The notes beneath the pieces were generated by a model. It saw nothing but the letters and a program-made list of their open reading frames with translations. It searched no databases and had not been told where the DNA came from. DNA of 64,000 bases, taken from the IMG/VR virus record IMGVR_UViG_3300030061_002970; one strand, written 5' to 3'. Made by a program: the position numbers and the translations under genes. Each line of letters begins with the position of its first letter. Position 1 is the first letter of the stretch. Below, in pieces: positions 51,052-60,071 of the stretch. Source of the stretch: a virus.

Positions 51052-51319
51052 AGGAATGCCCACCCAAGAAGAAATAATAAAATTTAATAGGTTAGAAAGT
51101 AAAAAAGATGAAATGGTGGACCACCCTAATCACTATGGGGGTGAAGACAATCCTTATGAGGCAATTAAAGTAATTGAGGCGTGGGGGTTAGGGTTTAACT
51201 TAGGAAATTCAGTAAAATATATATCTAGAGCGGGTAAAAAACTAGATATATTAGAGGACTTGCAAAAAGCAAGTTGGTATATAAACAGAGAAATAAATAA
51301 ATTAAAAAATGAAAGGTAA
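51041..51319 (+). CDS. DUF3310 family protein
   Basis: VDHPNHY, EAIKVI, GFNLGNSVKYISRAGKK and EDLQKASWYI. Confidence 0.85.
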   Translation: MKNKGMPTQEEIIKFNRLESKKDEMVDHPNHYGGEDNPYEAIKVIEAWGLGFNLGNSVKYISRAGKKLDILEDLQKASWYINREINKLKNER

Positions 51320-51737
51320 GATTACAACAGATAAAGGGACTATGGTGGTAGAGTTCTATGAAAAAGACGCACCAAATACAGTAAATAATTTTGTTAAATT
51401 AGCGAAAGAGGGATTCTATAAAGATTTAAATTTCCATAGAGTAATACCTAATTTTGTAGTTCAAGGAGGGTGTCCTAATGGCACTGGAGCTGGTGGACCA
51501 GGATATAAAATTAATTGTGAATTAGAGGGTGAAAATCAGTTTCACGATAAAGGAGTACTATCTATGGCGCATGCGGGAAGAAATACTGGGGGTTCACAAT
51601 TTTTTATTTGTCATGGGAGACAAAATACACAACATTTAGATAGAAATCACACATGTTTTGGTAAGGTAGTTGAAGGATTAGATATTATAGATAATATACA
51701 ACAAGGAGACAAGTTTAACGTAGAGATAGAAGGCTAA
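51309..51737 (+). CDS. Cyclophilin-type peptidyl-prolyl cis-trans isomerase
   Basis: APNTVNNF, FHRVIPNFVVQGG, LSMAHAG.NTGGSQFFI and HLD..HTCFGKV. Confidence 0.95.
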   Translation: MKGKITTDKGTMVVEFYEKDAPNTVNNFVKLAKEGFYKDLNFHRVIPNFVVQGGCPNGTGAGGPGYKINCELEGENQFHDKGVLSMAHAGRNTGGSQFFICHGRQNTQHLDRNHTCFGKVVEGLDIIDNIQQGDKFNVEIEG

Positions 51738-52633
51738 TGAAAACCAAACTATCTGATAATGTTGGTAATACTCCCCTAATACCAATAACCATAGGGGGTT
51801 ATACAGTTTGGGGAAAAGCTGAATTTATGAATCCAAGTGGTTCGGTTAAAGATAGAATGGCAACATTTATTATTAATAACGCGGAAAGAAATGGTTTAAT
51901 TATCAAAGGAAGTACTTTATGTGAAGCCACGAGTGGTAATAGTGGCATTGCTTTCGCTATGTTAGCAGCTGAAAGAGGTTATAAAATGGTTATAATTATG
52001 CCTTCTAATATGTCCGAGGAACGTAAAAATATGTTTAGATATTATGGGGCTGAATTAATAGAAGTGGAGGATGGTGATTTTGATGGGGCAATAGACCTAA
52101 GAGATAAGATGTGTGAGGACAAGGGGTGGTTTAACTGTAACCAATTCCATAACCCACTCAACATTCAAGCACACTACCAAACAACAGGACCTGAATTTTA
52201 CAACCAATATAAAGAACTTAAAGGAGAAAAATCATCTCCAGCTGTTTTTGTGGCTGGAACAGGCACTGGAGGTACTTTAATGGGTACGGATAAATTTCTA
52301 AAAGAAATGTGGCCCAATATAAAATCAGTGGCTATTGAACCCAAAGAAAGTGCTGTGATGTCAGGATTTGAACCAGGCCTTCATGGGATACAAGGAATAG
52401 GAGACGGAAGTAAATTCTTAGTAGATTTAGATAGGGTATCAGAAATAAGAATAGTAAGTACAGAATGTGCTAAAGCTTGTGCTAGACATCTAGCTAAAAA
52501 TTATGGGTTATTTATTGGGATAAGTGCGGCAGCCAACGTGTTCGCGTCATTCCAGTGGTTAAGGGATAATAATAAAAAAGATGCTATAACTATATTGTGT
52601 GATAGAGGAGAAAGATATTTTAGTTGTATGTAA
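51737..52633 (+). CDS. cysK: Cysteine synthase (O-acetylserine sulfhydrylase, CysK/CysM family)
   Basis: GNTPL, KAEFMNPSGSVKDR, EATSGNSG, GTGTGGT, HGIQGIG and CDRGERY. Confidence 0.9.
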   Translation: MKTKLSDNVGNTPLIPITIGGYTVWGKAEFMNPSGSVKDRMATFIINNAERNGLIIKGSTLCEATSGNSGIAFAMLAAERGYKMVIIMPSNMSEERKNMFRYYGAELIEVEDGDFDGAIDLRDKMCEDKGWFNCNQFHNPLNIQAHYQTTGPEFYNQYKELKGEKSSPAVFVAGTGTGGTLMGTDKFLKEMWPNIKSVAIEPKESAVMSGFEPGLHGIQGIGDGSKFLVDLDRVSEIRIVSTECAKACARHLAKNYGLFIGISAAANVFASFQWLRDNNKKDAITILCDRGERYFSCM

Positions 52634-52696
52634 ATAACTAGAGTTTATTTATGAAGTAAGTCGTTTATGATTATATTTATGGTAAACGACTTTTTT

Positions 52697-53482
52697 ATGC
52701 GTATAATAATCACAGAAAACCAATACACTAGACTTTTTGAACAAGAGGAAGTTAGGTGTGTACCTACAGGAAAAACACAATTTTCTGAAGTAGACATTTC
52801 TTTTTATGATATGTTATATAACGGAGATGTTTTAAACTATGGTGACTATGATTTAGATAAAACTCATCCCGTATGGATAATCCAAAAAAAATTAAGAATA
52901 AATCCAGATGGTTATTACGGAAAAGATATGTTGAAAGCTTTATCTACCCAGTTAGACATTGATTTATGTAAACAACTTAACAATAATATACCATTAGGTG
53001 TTAATGGGTTAAAACAATTAGGGTTATATGTAGATATTCCAGAAGATAACGAAAATTATATTTTAGCTTCTACTTTAGTTGGGGAAAATCAAAGAGCTGG
53101 AGAAAAAGAACTAAACGCAATCCTATCCACAATAAAAAATCGAGCAGATAAATGTGGGTATAGTATGAAAGACTCTGTATTGAAAGGAAAACAATATTCC
53201 ACTTGGAATTACTTTAATAGATTAGATAAAGAAGGTAAGTTTGAGGAGTTACACAATAGAATAACCAACCAAAAAGTGAAAGGTTTTGATAAAATGTTGA
53301 AAATAGTTGAAGACTTTGGTGATGGGGACGTTATTAAAGTTAATCATTATGTCAACCCTAATATAGTAGATTTAAGTACGGGTAGTACTAGAACTATCGC
53401 TAAATCCTATAACAACAATAAAAAGTCAGCTAAGAAAATAGGTGACCATATATTTTGGTGGGATAAAAGACATTCGTGTTAA
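52697..53482 (+). CDS. SleB/Hydrolase_2-like cell-wall hydrolase with degenerate PG-binding segment
   Basis: LASTLVGE...AI..TIKNRA...QYSTWN...HYVNP...IGDHIF. IQKKLRINPDGYYG resembles PG_binding_1. Start placed at the ATG after TATTTAT. Confidence 0.7.
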   Translation: MRIIITENQYTRLFEQEEVRCVPTGKTQFSEVDISFYDMLYNGDVLNYGDYDLDKTHPVWIIQKKLRINPDGYYGKDMLKALSTQLDIDLCKQLNNNIPLGVNGLKQLGLYVDIPEDNENYILASTLVGENQRAGEKELNAILSTIKNRADKCGYSMKDSVLKGKQYSTWNYFNRLDKEGKFEELHNRITNQKVKGFDKMLKIVEDFGDGDVIKVNHYVNPNIVDLSTGSTRTIAKSYNNNKKSAKKIGDHIFWWDKRHSC

Positions 53483-53507
53483 TCAAATAAGGAGATATTT
53501 ATATAAT

Positions 53508-54950
53508 ATGAAAATCGAGATAACAGAAAAACAGTTAGAGTTTATTAATGAATCACTTTTAAGTGAAGGTGGTATTAGAGATATTAATAAGTTAGCTCAG
53601 AGATACCCAAAAGCTGAGATATACTTTCACCAAGACCTAGATGGTGTGGTATCAGCATTAGGTATGAAAAATTATTTAGAAAAATATGGTATAGATGTTA
53701 TTGATACTCATGTAATACAATATGGGGATAAAGAATTTTCAGTAAAAAAACCATCAGCTAGTGATGATGTAATGCCAGTACTAGTAGATTTTGCACACGG
53801 TAAACCAATATTTAAAATACACACAGACCATCATGATTCACAAGCTGGGGTAGAAGATGACACTGCTACACAATTTAGGGGTGCGAGGTCTAATGTTGAA
53901 ACTATTTCCCAAACTATAAGTCCTAGTGATATTTTTACAGATGAAGATATAATGATGATTAACACTGTTGATTCTGCTGATTATGCAAAACACGATATTG
54001 AACCGGAACAAGTTATGAACTTAATTAGAGATTTTGAGTCTGGTGACCAAACTTATGAAAAAAGATGGATGTTAGGTCTTTTAACGAATAAATTATTATT
54101 AGCTTACAAAAACAAACCAGGATTTCTAGAACATTTAGTTATGAATTCTTCACCATCCCTAATGAATATATACCAAAATATAACCTCATACGCAAAAGAA
54201 AAAGGGTTTGCTTCACCAGAAGAAATGGCACAAAATCAAGCCGGTTACATAAAATCCCAACAAGAAAGTAATAATCTAAATTTAGATGGTAATATAATAG
54301 TACAGTATGGTGGTGGTAGATTATTTAAACCAGGTTCTTATGATAGATACACACCATTTAAAATTTATCCTGACGCTGACTTTTTTGTGGTTGCATGGCC
54401 AATGGGTCTTGTACAAGCTTCTTGTAATCCTTTTAAGAAAGATAGAGCACTTAAAGGTGTTAACTTAGGTGATATAGCTCAGGAAGTGTTAAAAGAGGTT
54501 GAACCACAACTTAAAAAACACCAAGTACCAGTTTCAGTTATTAAAAGAATAGGTGAGACAAAAGCAGAAGGAGAAAGTATAGGATTTAAAACTTCAGACT
54601 TATTTGCACTATATAAAGACCATCTACAAAACATGCCATCAACCGACTCAAAATACTACGATATGGCAGTTAGTATAATTGACACTCCTTGGGATAAGTT
54701 AAGTGAAAAACAAAAAGCTGTTTTAGATAAGATAACTGTACCAGCATGGGATGTCATTCAAGCTAATAGTGGTGGGCATAAATGTATAACTAATATTAGT
54801 GGTTTAAATTTCTTTAGTAGAGCTACGAGACAACCAGAAGGGCCTTATAAGAAAAAAGCAGATGCCAAACCAACAAGGTATGTAGAATTTGTAAAATGGG
54901 TACAAAAAGAAATGGTTAAGAAAATTAAAGATAATATAGACGCTAATTAG
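53508..54950 (+). CDS. DHH-family phosphoesterase
   Basis: HQDLDG, VDF, DHH and C-terminal GGH. ATG 53508 follows TATTTATA. Confidence 0.75.
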   Translation: MKIEITEKQLEFINESLLSEGGIRDINKLAQRYPKAEIYFHQDLDGVVSALGMKNYLEKYGIDVIDTHVIQYGDKEFSVKKPSASDDVMPVLVDFAHGKPIFKIHTDHHDSQAGVEDDTATQFRGARSNVETISQTISPSDIFTDEDIMMINTVDSADYAKHDIEPEQVMNLIRDFESGDQTYEKRWMLGLLTNKLLLAYKNKPGFLEHLVMNSSPSLMNIYQNITSYAKEKGFASPEEMAQNQAGYIKSQQESNNLNLDGNIIVQYGGGRLFKPGSYDRYTPFKIYPDADFFVVAWPMGLVQASCNPFKKDRALKGVNLGDIAQEVLKEVEPQLKKHQVPVSVIKRIGETKAEGESIGFKTSDLFALYKDHLQNMPSTDSKYYDMAVSIIDTPWDKLSEKQKAVLDKITVPAWDVIQANSGGHKCITNISGLNFFSRATRQPEGPYKKKADAKPTRYVEFVKWVQKEMVKKIKDNIDAN

Positions 54951-55278
54951 TAAACTCTAATAAATCACCCTCATTTATATAATATTTACCAGAAGGAACC
55001 TCTAAAACTTTATTTGCCACACCATAATAAGATTTACATTTATTATCATTACAAGGTGGACAATCCCTATGTATTTTAGTAACTTTGTTATTGATAATAA
55101 ACACTATGTCTAAAGAAATTAAACAATCCTTCATCCAGAAAGAACGCTCTGAGACTTCAGAAAAAACAAAAAGCATTCCACCATCAAGAAATTCCCTACC
55201 CATCATACCAGTACTAATAGCATTAGGTGTAGACATAATCTCTAAAGGAAGGACTTTATTATCTAAAATAACATTCAT
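54943..55278 (-). CDS. DUF192 family protein
   Basis: GMMGR...GMLFVF....SFWMKD..ISLDIVFI...VLE. Late motif on the - strand at 55284-91. Confidence 0.85.
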   Translation of the reverse strand: MNVILDNKVLPLEIMSTPNAISTGMMGREFLDGGMLFVFSEVSERSFWMKDCLISLDIVFIINNKVTKIHRDCPPCNDNKCKSYYGVANKVLEVPSGKYYINEGDLLEFTN

Positions 55279-55296
55279 ACTATTATAAATATTTAG

Positions 55297-55470
55297 ATGG
55301 AACAAGAAACAAACAAAGAATTAAAAAAACAAGTAGAAGAACTAAAAGAACTCATAGAAACTATTGAGGTTAAAGATAAAGAATCTGTGGAAGATATGAA
55401 CCACATTAACACCCAATTAGATAAATTAATTAAAAAATTTGACAAAAATGAAAATAAAAACAAAGATTGA
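55297..55470 (+). CDS. Small coiled-coil protein, 57 aa, not in the ORF track
   Basis: MEQETNKELKKQVEELKELIETIEVKD...NKD; fills the gap before the GS gene. Confidence 0.5.
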   Translation: MEQETNKELKKQVEELKELIETIEVKDKESVEDMNHINTQLDKLIKKFDKNENKNKD

Positions 55471-56491
55471 GTACATCTGGTTAGATGGTAATAAACCAGA
55501 ACAAACTTTAAGAAGTAAAACTAAAATTGTAGATTTAGACAGTACTATTACCACACCAAACCCAGAAGACTTACCAGAATGGTCATTCGATGGTAGCTCC
55601 ACAAGACAAGCTGTGGGCAATAATTCGGATTGTATCCTAAGACCAGTTAGGGTTTATCCAGACCCACAAAGAGTGGGGTCATATCTTGCATTATGTGAAG
55701 TATTGAACGAAAAAGGTATTTCACATAAAACTAATGAAAGAGCACAATTAGAAGACTATGACTTCCATAGACACCAAGAAGGTTGGTGGTTTGGGTTCGA
55801 ACAAGAATATGTTTTAATGAAAGACGGTAAACCACTAGGATTCCCAAAAGAAGGATATCCAGAACCACAAGGAAAATATTATTGTGGTGTAGGTACAGAT
55901 AGAGTTATTGGTAGAGAAATTGTAGAACAACATTTAGATGCTTGTATGAACATTGGGTTAGAAATTACAGGAGTTAATGCGGAGGTAATGTTAGGCCAAT
56001 GGGAATACCAACTATTTGGTAAAGGAGCTTTAAAAGTTGCTGACGACTTATGGGTTAGTAGATATCTTTTATATAGAATAACAGAAAATCATGGAGTAAC
56101 GGTAGACCTACGACCAAAACCAGTGGAAGGTGACTGGAACGGTTCAGGTATGCACGTTAACTTCTCAACTAAAGAAATGAGAGAAGTGGGAGGTAAAGAT
56201 TTGATAGAAGGTATTTGTGACACACTATCGTTTTATCATGAAGAACATATCAATAATTATGGTAGTGATAATGAAAAAAGGTTAACAGGGTTACATGAAA
56301 CACAAGCTATAGATAAATTTAGTTATGGTGTATCAGATAGAGGAGCTAGTATTAGAATTCCAGTGTCTACAGTAAAAAATAATTGGAAAGGTTATGTTGA
56401 AGATAGAAGACCTGGAAGTAATGGTGACCCATATAAAATAACTAAAAGATTATTGGAGACCTTAAAAAATCAACCAGAATTAGTAGAATAG
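55448..56491 (+). CDS. glnII: Glutamine synthetase type II
   Basis: EYIWLDG, LRSKT, WSFDGSST.QA, GFEQEY, PQGKYYCGVG, NAEVMLGQWEYQ, GDWNGSGMH, RLTGLHET, RGASIRIP and EDRRP.SN.DPY. Confidence 0.92.
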   Translation: MKIKTKIEYIWLDGNKPEQTLRSKTKIVDLDSTITTPNPEDLPEWSFDGSSTRQAVGNNSDCILRPVRVYPDPQRVGSYLALCEVLNEKGISHKTNERAQLEDYDFHRHQEGWWFGFEQEYVLMKDGKPLGFPKEGYPEPQGKYYCGVGTDRVIGREIVEQHLDACMNIGLEITGVNAEVMLGQWEYQLFGKGALKVADDLWVSRYLLYRITENHGVTVDLRPKPVEGDWNGSGMHVNFSTKEMREVGGKDLIEGICDTLSFYHEEHINNYGSDNEKRLTGLHETQAIDKFSYGVSDRGASIRIPVSTVKNNWKGYVEDRRPGSNGDPYKITKRLLETLKNQPELVE

Positions 56492-56506
56492 TTAAAAAAT
56501 AATTAT

Positions 56507-56514
56507 TATATTTG
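56507..56514 (+). promoter_or_regulatory. Bacteroidota-type -7 element TATATTTG, 4 nt before ATG 56519
   Basis: Matches TAnnTTTG. Confidence 0.55.
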
Positions 56515-56518
56515 TGGT

Positions 56519-56716
56519 ATGAAAAGTCCTGATATTAAAAAAGATGCTGATTTTGTACTAAAAGTACTAAATAACCAAAATAATAAAGAAGTTCATAAAC
56601 CAGCTTTAAAAAAGTTAATAATAAACTTTGAAAATAAGTGGAATGACTTATTAGGACCTGGAGTAGCAGATTTTTATATTAACCTTTTAAATAAAAAATA
56701 CAAAAATGCCATATAA
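56519..56716 (+). CDS. Hypothetical protein
   Basis: 65-aa ORF. Confidence 0.55.
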   Translation: MKSPDIKKDADFVLKVLNNQNNKEVHKPALKKLIINFENKWNDLLGPGVADFYINLLNKKYKNAI

Positions 56717-56900
56717 TATAATAAAAGAAATGATAGACCCTAAAACAGGTAATAAATCATTTGTCCTACTAACAGATGGGTTGTCTCAAATATGGGACGT
56801 AAAAAGTGAAAAAGAAGCTCATAGAATAGCTACAATGATGACAGAAAATTCAGATAGTGGTTGGGTTTATAAAGTTAGAAAAACTTGTAATAATAAATAA
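56706..56900 (+). CDS. Hypothetical protein
   Basis: 64-aa ORF. Confidence 0.6.
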   Translation: MPYNIIKEMIDPKTGNKSFVLLTDGLSQIWDVKSEKEAHRIATMMTENSDSGWVYKVRKTCNNK

Positions 56901-56902
56901 AA

Positions 56903-57295
56903 ATGTTAAAAAAAAGTACACATAAACATAAGTTCGACAGAAGAAGAGCATTAGAATGTGCATTCGTAGAAAAAAGTAAAAATAATCCAGGGTACCTTAA
57001 GTACTTGGTTACTATAGGTGAAAAAGATGGGACAAAACATACACAACCAGTTTATGGTAAAGATATGCAAGATGCACTAAGTAGACTAATCAATCAGGAA
57101 AGAACAGTGAAAGTTGAAAGAAAATTAGAAAATAATACAGGATTTATATTTCTAATATGGTTGATATTAATGGGTGTACCAGCATTTTTTGTTGAACACC
57201 ACACACCGTGGTTCCTAGTATATACAATGGGAACACTGTTAGTATTAATATTAACCGCAACTTGGTGGTATAATTATATTAGAAAAGGAGAATAA
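56903..57295 (+). CDS. Hypothetical protein with two C-terminal TMs
   Basis: 130-aa ORF. Confidence 0.65.
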   Translation: MLKKSTHKHKFDRRRALECAFVEKSKNNPGYLKYLVTIGEKDGTKHTQPVYGKDMQDALSRLINQERTVKVERKLENNTGFIFLIWLILMGVPAFFVEHHTPWFLVYTMGTLLVLILTATWWYNYIRKGE

Positions 57296-57296
57296 T

Positions 57297-57518
57297 ATGT
57301 ATAGAATAGTAAAAGAAGAAAATAGATTAAGTGGTAAAATACAATACATTATAGAAAAACGTAAAAAGTTTTTATGGATGGTATCTTGGATAAGGGATTT
57401 AGATTTAGACGTACAACAGATAGGTCCTGTAGGAGCCCCTACATTAAGTGGGGCTCAATACAAATTAGACCAAATAATTGCATGGGATGGTAAAATTCTT
57501 AAAAAAACCACAGTCTAA
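57297..57518 (+). CDS. Hypothetical protein
   Basis: 73-aa ORF. Confidence 0.6.
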   Translation: MYRIVKEENRLSGKIQYIIEKRKKFLWMVSWIRDLDLDVQQIGPVGAPTLSGAQYKLDQIIAWDGKILKKTTV

Positions 57519-57757
57519 TGATGTTAGACCCCTTAGAAAAAAATGCAGCTTTTAGATTAGCTTACGAATTTATTATAAGTTCTATGGAAGAAGACGAAGT
57601 TTACGAAAACCTAGAATTCGTTAATAAAGACCTACCACACAAAACCATAGACAAATTGATTACCTTTTTTGAAAAAACAGAAGAGTACGAAAAATGCTCC
57701 AAACTCCAAAAAATAAAACATACCCGACTTTCCAACTATTCCAAATATAACTTGTAA
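57518..57757 (+). CDS. Small protein with UVR-like motif
   Basis: FFEKTEEYEKCSKL. Confidence 0.55.
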   Translation: MMLDPLEKNAAFRLAYEFIISSMEEDEVYENLEFVNKDLPHKTIDKLITFFEKTEEYEKCSKLQKIKHTRLSNYSKYNL

Positions 57758-57777
57758 TTACTTTATATTTATAGTAG

Positions 57778-59409
57778 ATGACTATGAATATGTTAAACGA
57801 ACAGGTAAATAAAAGAGTTGTATACGAGGATGATAAATATGAACTCGTATTACCTTATAATATTGCATCTATTTGTTCTATAGCACCACAATGGTGTAAG
57901 GATGAAAAAATTAAAGAAGCTACCGTAAACGCGTTTAAAACTCCTGGGGTAACCTATATGCTCATAGAAAAGGATAAAAACAAAGCAGGGATAGTCCACG
58001 ACACCAAAAGTAAAATACCCTTAAGATTTGGTGGGGAATATGCTCTTTTTGACCCACTTAGAGACCAAGCGTTAAATATAAATTGGTACCAGAAAAAAGC
58101 CGTAAAAGAATTCTTCAGTGACAAACCACAACTAATAGAAAAACTAAACATACCGTACTCCCTCAAAGAAAGATTAAAATTTGAAATGCCTTTTAGTGAA
58201 AAGGAAATGAAACAATTTTCAGAAAAGAATGATTTTGCAAAAGCAGTTTATGATGAGATAAGAGGTGCGAAAGGGCAAAATCTGGACTGGGAACAGTTTG
58301 AAGGTAACGACAACACGACAGTATCTGATAGTAGTTGGTTCTTTGATAATATGAATGACGATGAAATAGGAATCATGCCTGATGGAGAAGGAATCTTAAT
58401 AATCACCAACGACGAAACCTTCAAACATAAGTTTTTAGATTTAAATGATGATGATGACTGGGCATATAACGCAGCGATGGGTTATGGGGGTTATTATGAT
58501 GATTGTGAGGAAATGGACGTAGAGGAATTAAATTACATGAACAGTTATTTAACTCCAGAAAATCGTGGACGATTACAAACCCTAAGAGAGTTAGTAGGAG
58601 AACCAAAATTTACAGAACAGGAATTACAACACGATGAAGGAAACGTATATGATTTCCTTGAAAAGTATTTTCCAGTAGAAGCAGATGAGATGTCTGATGG
58701 TTGGTTAAGTAGTTTAGGTTGTGCAGTTTGGAGAAGTAGAGCGCAAGCTACTAGACAAGAGATAGATGACGCAAAAGTATTTGACTATGATGAAAGAGGA
58801 AGAAACACCGAAATGTATATAACATGGAAACAATTATTACAAGTTATTGGTACAAAGAGTGTTGAAAGTTTTTATGATTTGGGTGAAATAGAATTAAATG
58901 AGTTACCTGCCTTATACGATGGTTGGTATGATGCGTGGGATGTAGATGATGAAGGTCAGAAAGAGATGAATGCAGCTTTTACAAAAATGTTGGATGATAT
59001 AGAAGAAGATGGGGTGGACACAATTAGGGATAGAGTTAAAAGAAGTGAAAGTTTTATTAAAACACTTGGTGAACTAGGATTTAAAAAGGCATCAGGATGG
59101 AATCCAGGATTCTCAAACAGAACACCAGTATATAATTTGAAAACTAGTGACGGTAAGTCTATTGTATTGGCAAATATAACAGTCGGAAATTACGACCACA
59201 AAGATGAAACAGTATCATTTAAGGATGAAAGTCAAAACTCAACCAACAAAGGTTTGATGAATGATGTTGAATTAGAGGATTTCCTAGAGTACGTAACCAA
59301 CCCAAGACTACCATTTAATCAAGAAGAAAAAGAAGTTAACGAAAACTATACAAATAGAATTATTAATAATATTATTAATAATATAATCACAGAAAATGTA
59401 CGTAAGTAA
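57778..59409 (+). CDS. Acidic hypothetical protein sharing a VYEDDK...WC domain with the LRR protein
   Basis: 543-aa ORF. TATTTATA at 57766. Confidence 0.7.
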   Translation: MTMNMLNEQVNKRVVYEDDKYELVLPYNIASICSIAPQWCKDEKIKEATVNAFKTPGVTYMLIEKDKNKAGIVHDTKSKIPLRFGGEYALFDPLRDQALNINWYQKKAVKEFFSDKPQLIEKLNIPYSLKERLKFEMPFSEKEMKQFSEKNDFAKAVYDEIRGAKGQNLDWEQFEGNDNTTVSDSSWFFDNMNDDEIGIMPDGEGILIITNDETFKHKFLDLNDDDDWAYNAAMGYGGYYDDCEEMDVEELNYMNSYLTPENRGRLQTLRELVGEPKFTEQELQHDEGNVYDFLEKYFPVEADEMSDGWLSSLGCAVWRSRAQATRQEIDDAKVFDYDERGRNTEMYITWKQLLQVIGTKSVESFYDLGEIELNELPALYDGWYDAWDVDDEGQKEMNAAFTKMLDDIEEDGVDTIRDRVKRSESFIKTLGELGFKKASGWNPGFSNRTPVYNLKTSDGKSIVLANITVGNYDHKDETVSFKDESQNSTNKGLMNDVELEDFLEYVTNPRLPFNQEEKEVNENYTNRIINNIINNIITENVRK

Positions 59410-59611
59410 AAAAAGAAGTATTCTCAAAGCAGTTAGTTGGAGAATCGTAGGAACATTGGATACAATGGCTCTAGGATGGATAATAACTGGTAACCCAGTC
59501 ATGGGATTAAAAATTGGTGCATTAGAATTATGTACTAAGTTCGTTCTCTATTATTTTCATGAAAGAATTTGGGTAAAATCTAAGTGGGGAACTAAAAATA
59601 AAAAATCTTAG
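59396..59611 (+). CDS. DUF2061 family membrane protein
   Basis: RSILKAVSWRIVGTLDT...TG....IG..E..TK..LYYFHERIW. Confidence 0.85.
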   Translation: MYVSKKRSILKAVSWRIVGTLDTMALGWIITGNPVMGLKIGALELCTKFVLYYFHERIWVKSKWGTKNKKS

Positions 59612-59618
59612 TCTAGAT

Positions 59619-59649
59619 TTTGTTATTCTAAAAAAATTGTTTATCTTTG
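59619..59649 (+). promoter_or_regulatory. Complete Bacteroidota sigma-A promoter TTTG-N19-TATCTTTG
   Basis: TTTG 59619-22, TATCTTTG 59642-49, ATG 59654. Confidence 0.65.
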
Positions 59650-59653
59650 TCCT

Positions 59654-59770
59654 ATGATTGAAAAAATAGTACAAATATTAGGAATGGGGTGGGTTATACT
59701 ATGTGTGAGTTGTATAACTTGGACTATAACAGAATACATATATCTAAAATTTAAAAACCCAAAAATATGA
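59654..59770 (+). CDS. Small membrane peptide, 38 aa, not in the ORF track
   Basis: MIEKIVQILGMGWVILCVSCITWTITEYIYLKFKNPKI. Follows the promoter and is ATGA-coupled to the next ORF. Confidence 0.6.
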   Translation: MIEKIVQILGMGWVILCVSCITWTITEYIYLKFKNPKI

Positions 59771-59892
59771 AAATTTTACTAACATATTGGTTATTTGGGT
59801 TTATGTCGTATGTAGTATTATATATGATAATAGATGGTCCAGGAATTATTAGAAAAAAAATAAAAAATTACCTAAAAAAAAATAAAAAATGA
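59767..59892 (+). CDS. Small membrane peptide, 41 aa, not in the ORF track
   Basis: MKILLTYWLFGFMSYVVLYMIIDGPGIIRKKIKNYLKKNKK. ATGA overlaps at both ends. Confidence 0.6.
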   Translation: MKILLTYWLFGFMSYVVLYMIIDGPGIIRKKIKNYLKKNKK

Positions 59893-60071
59893 AAGTGATA
59901 ATATGGATAGAATACGACCAACTAGAAGATTTACTTAATGGTGAAACTATTGATTATTGGGAAAGAGAACCAGGAATGTTTGAGAAAGTAATTCAGATTA
60001 GTGTGGACAGTGACACATATCAAAAATTAAAAGATAATAGAACAGATGATAGACCAAATACAACCAAGTAA
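59889..60071 (+). CDS. Hypothetical protein
   Basis: 60-aa ORF. Confidence 0.55.
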   Translation: MKVIIWIEYDQLEDLLNGETIDYWEREPGMFEKVIQISVDSDTYQKLKDNRTDDRPNTTK

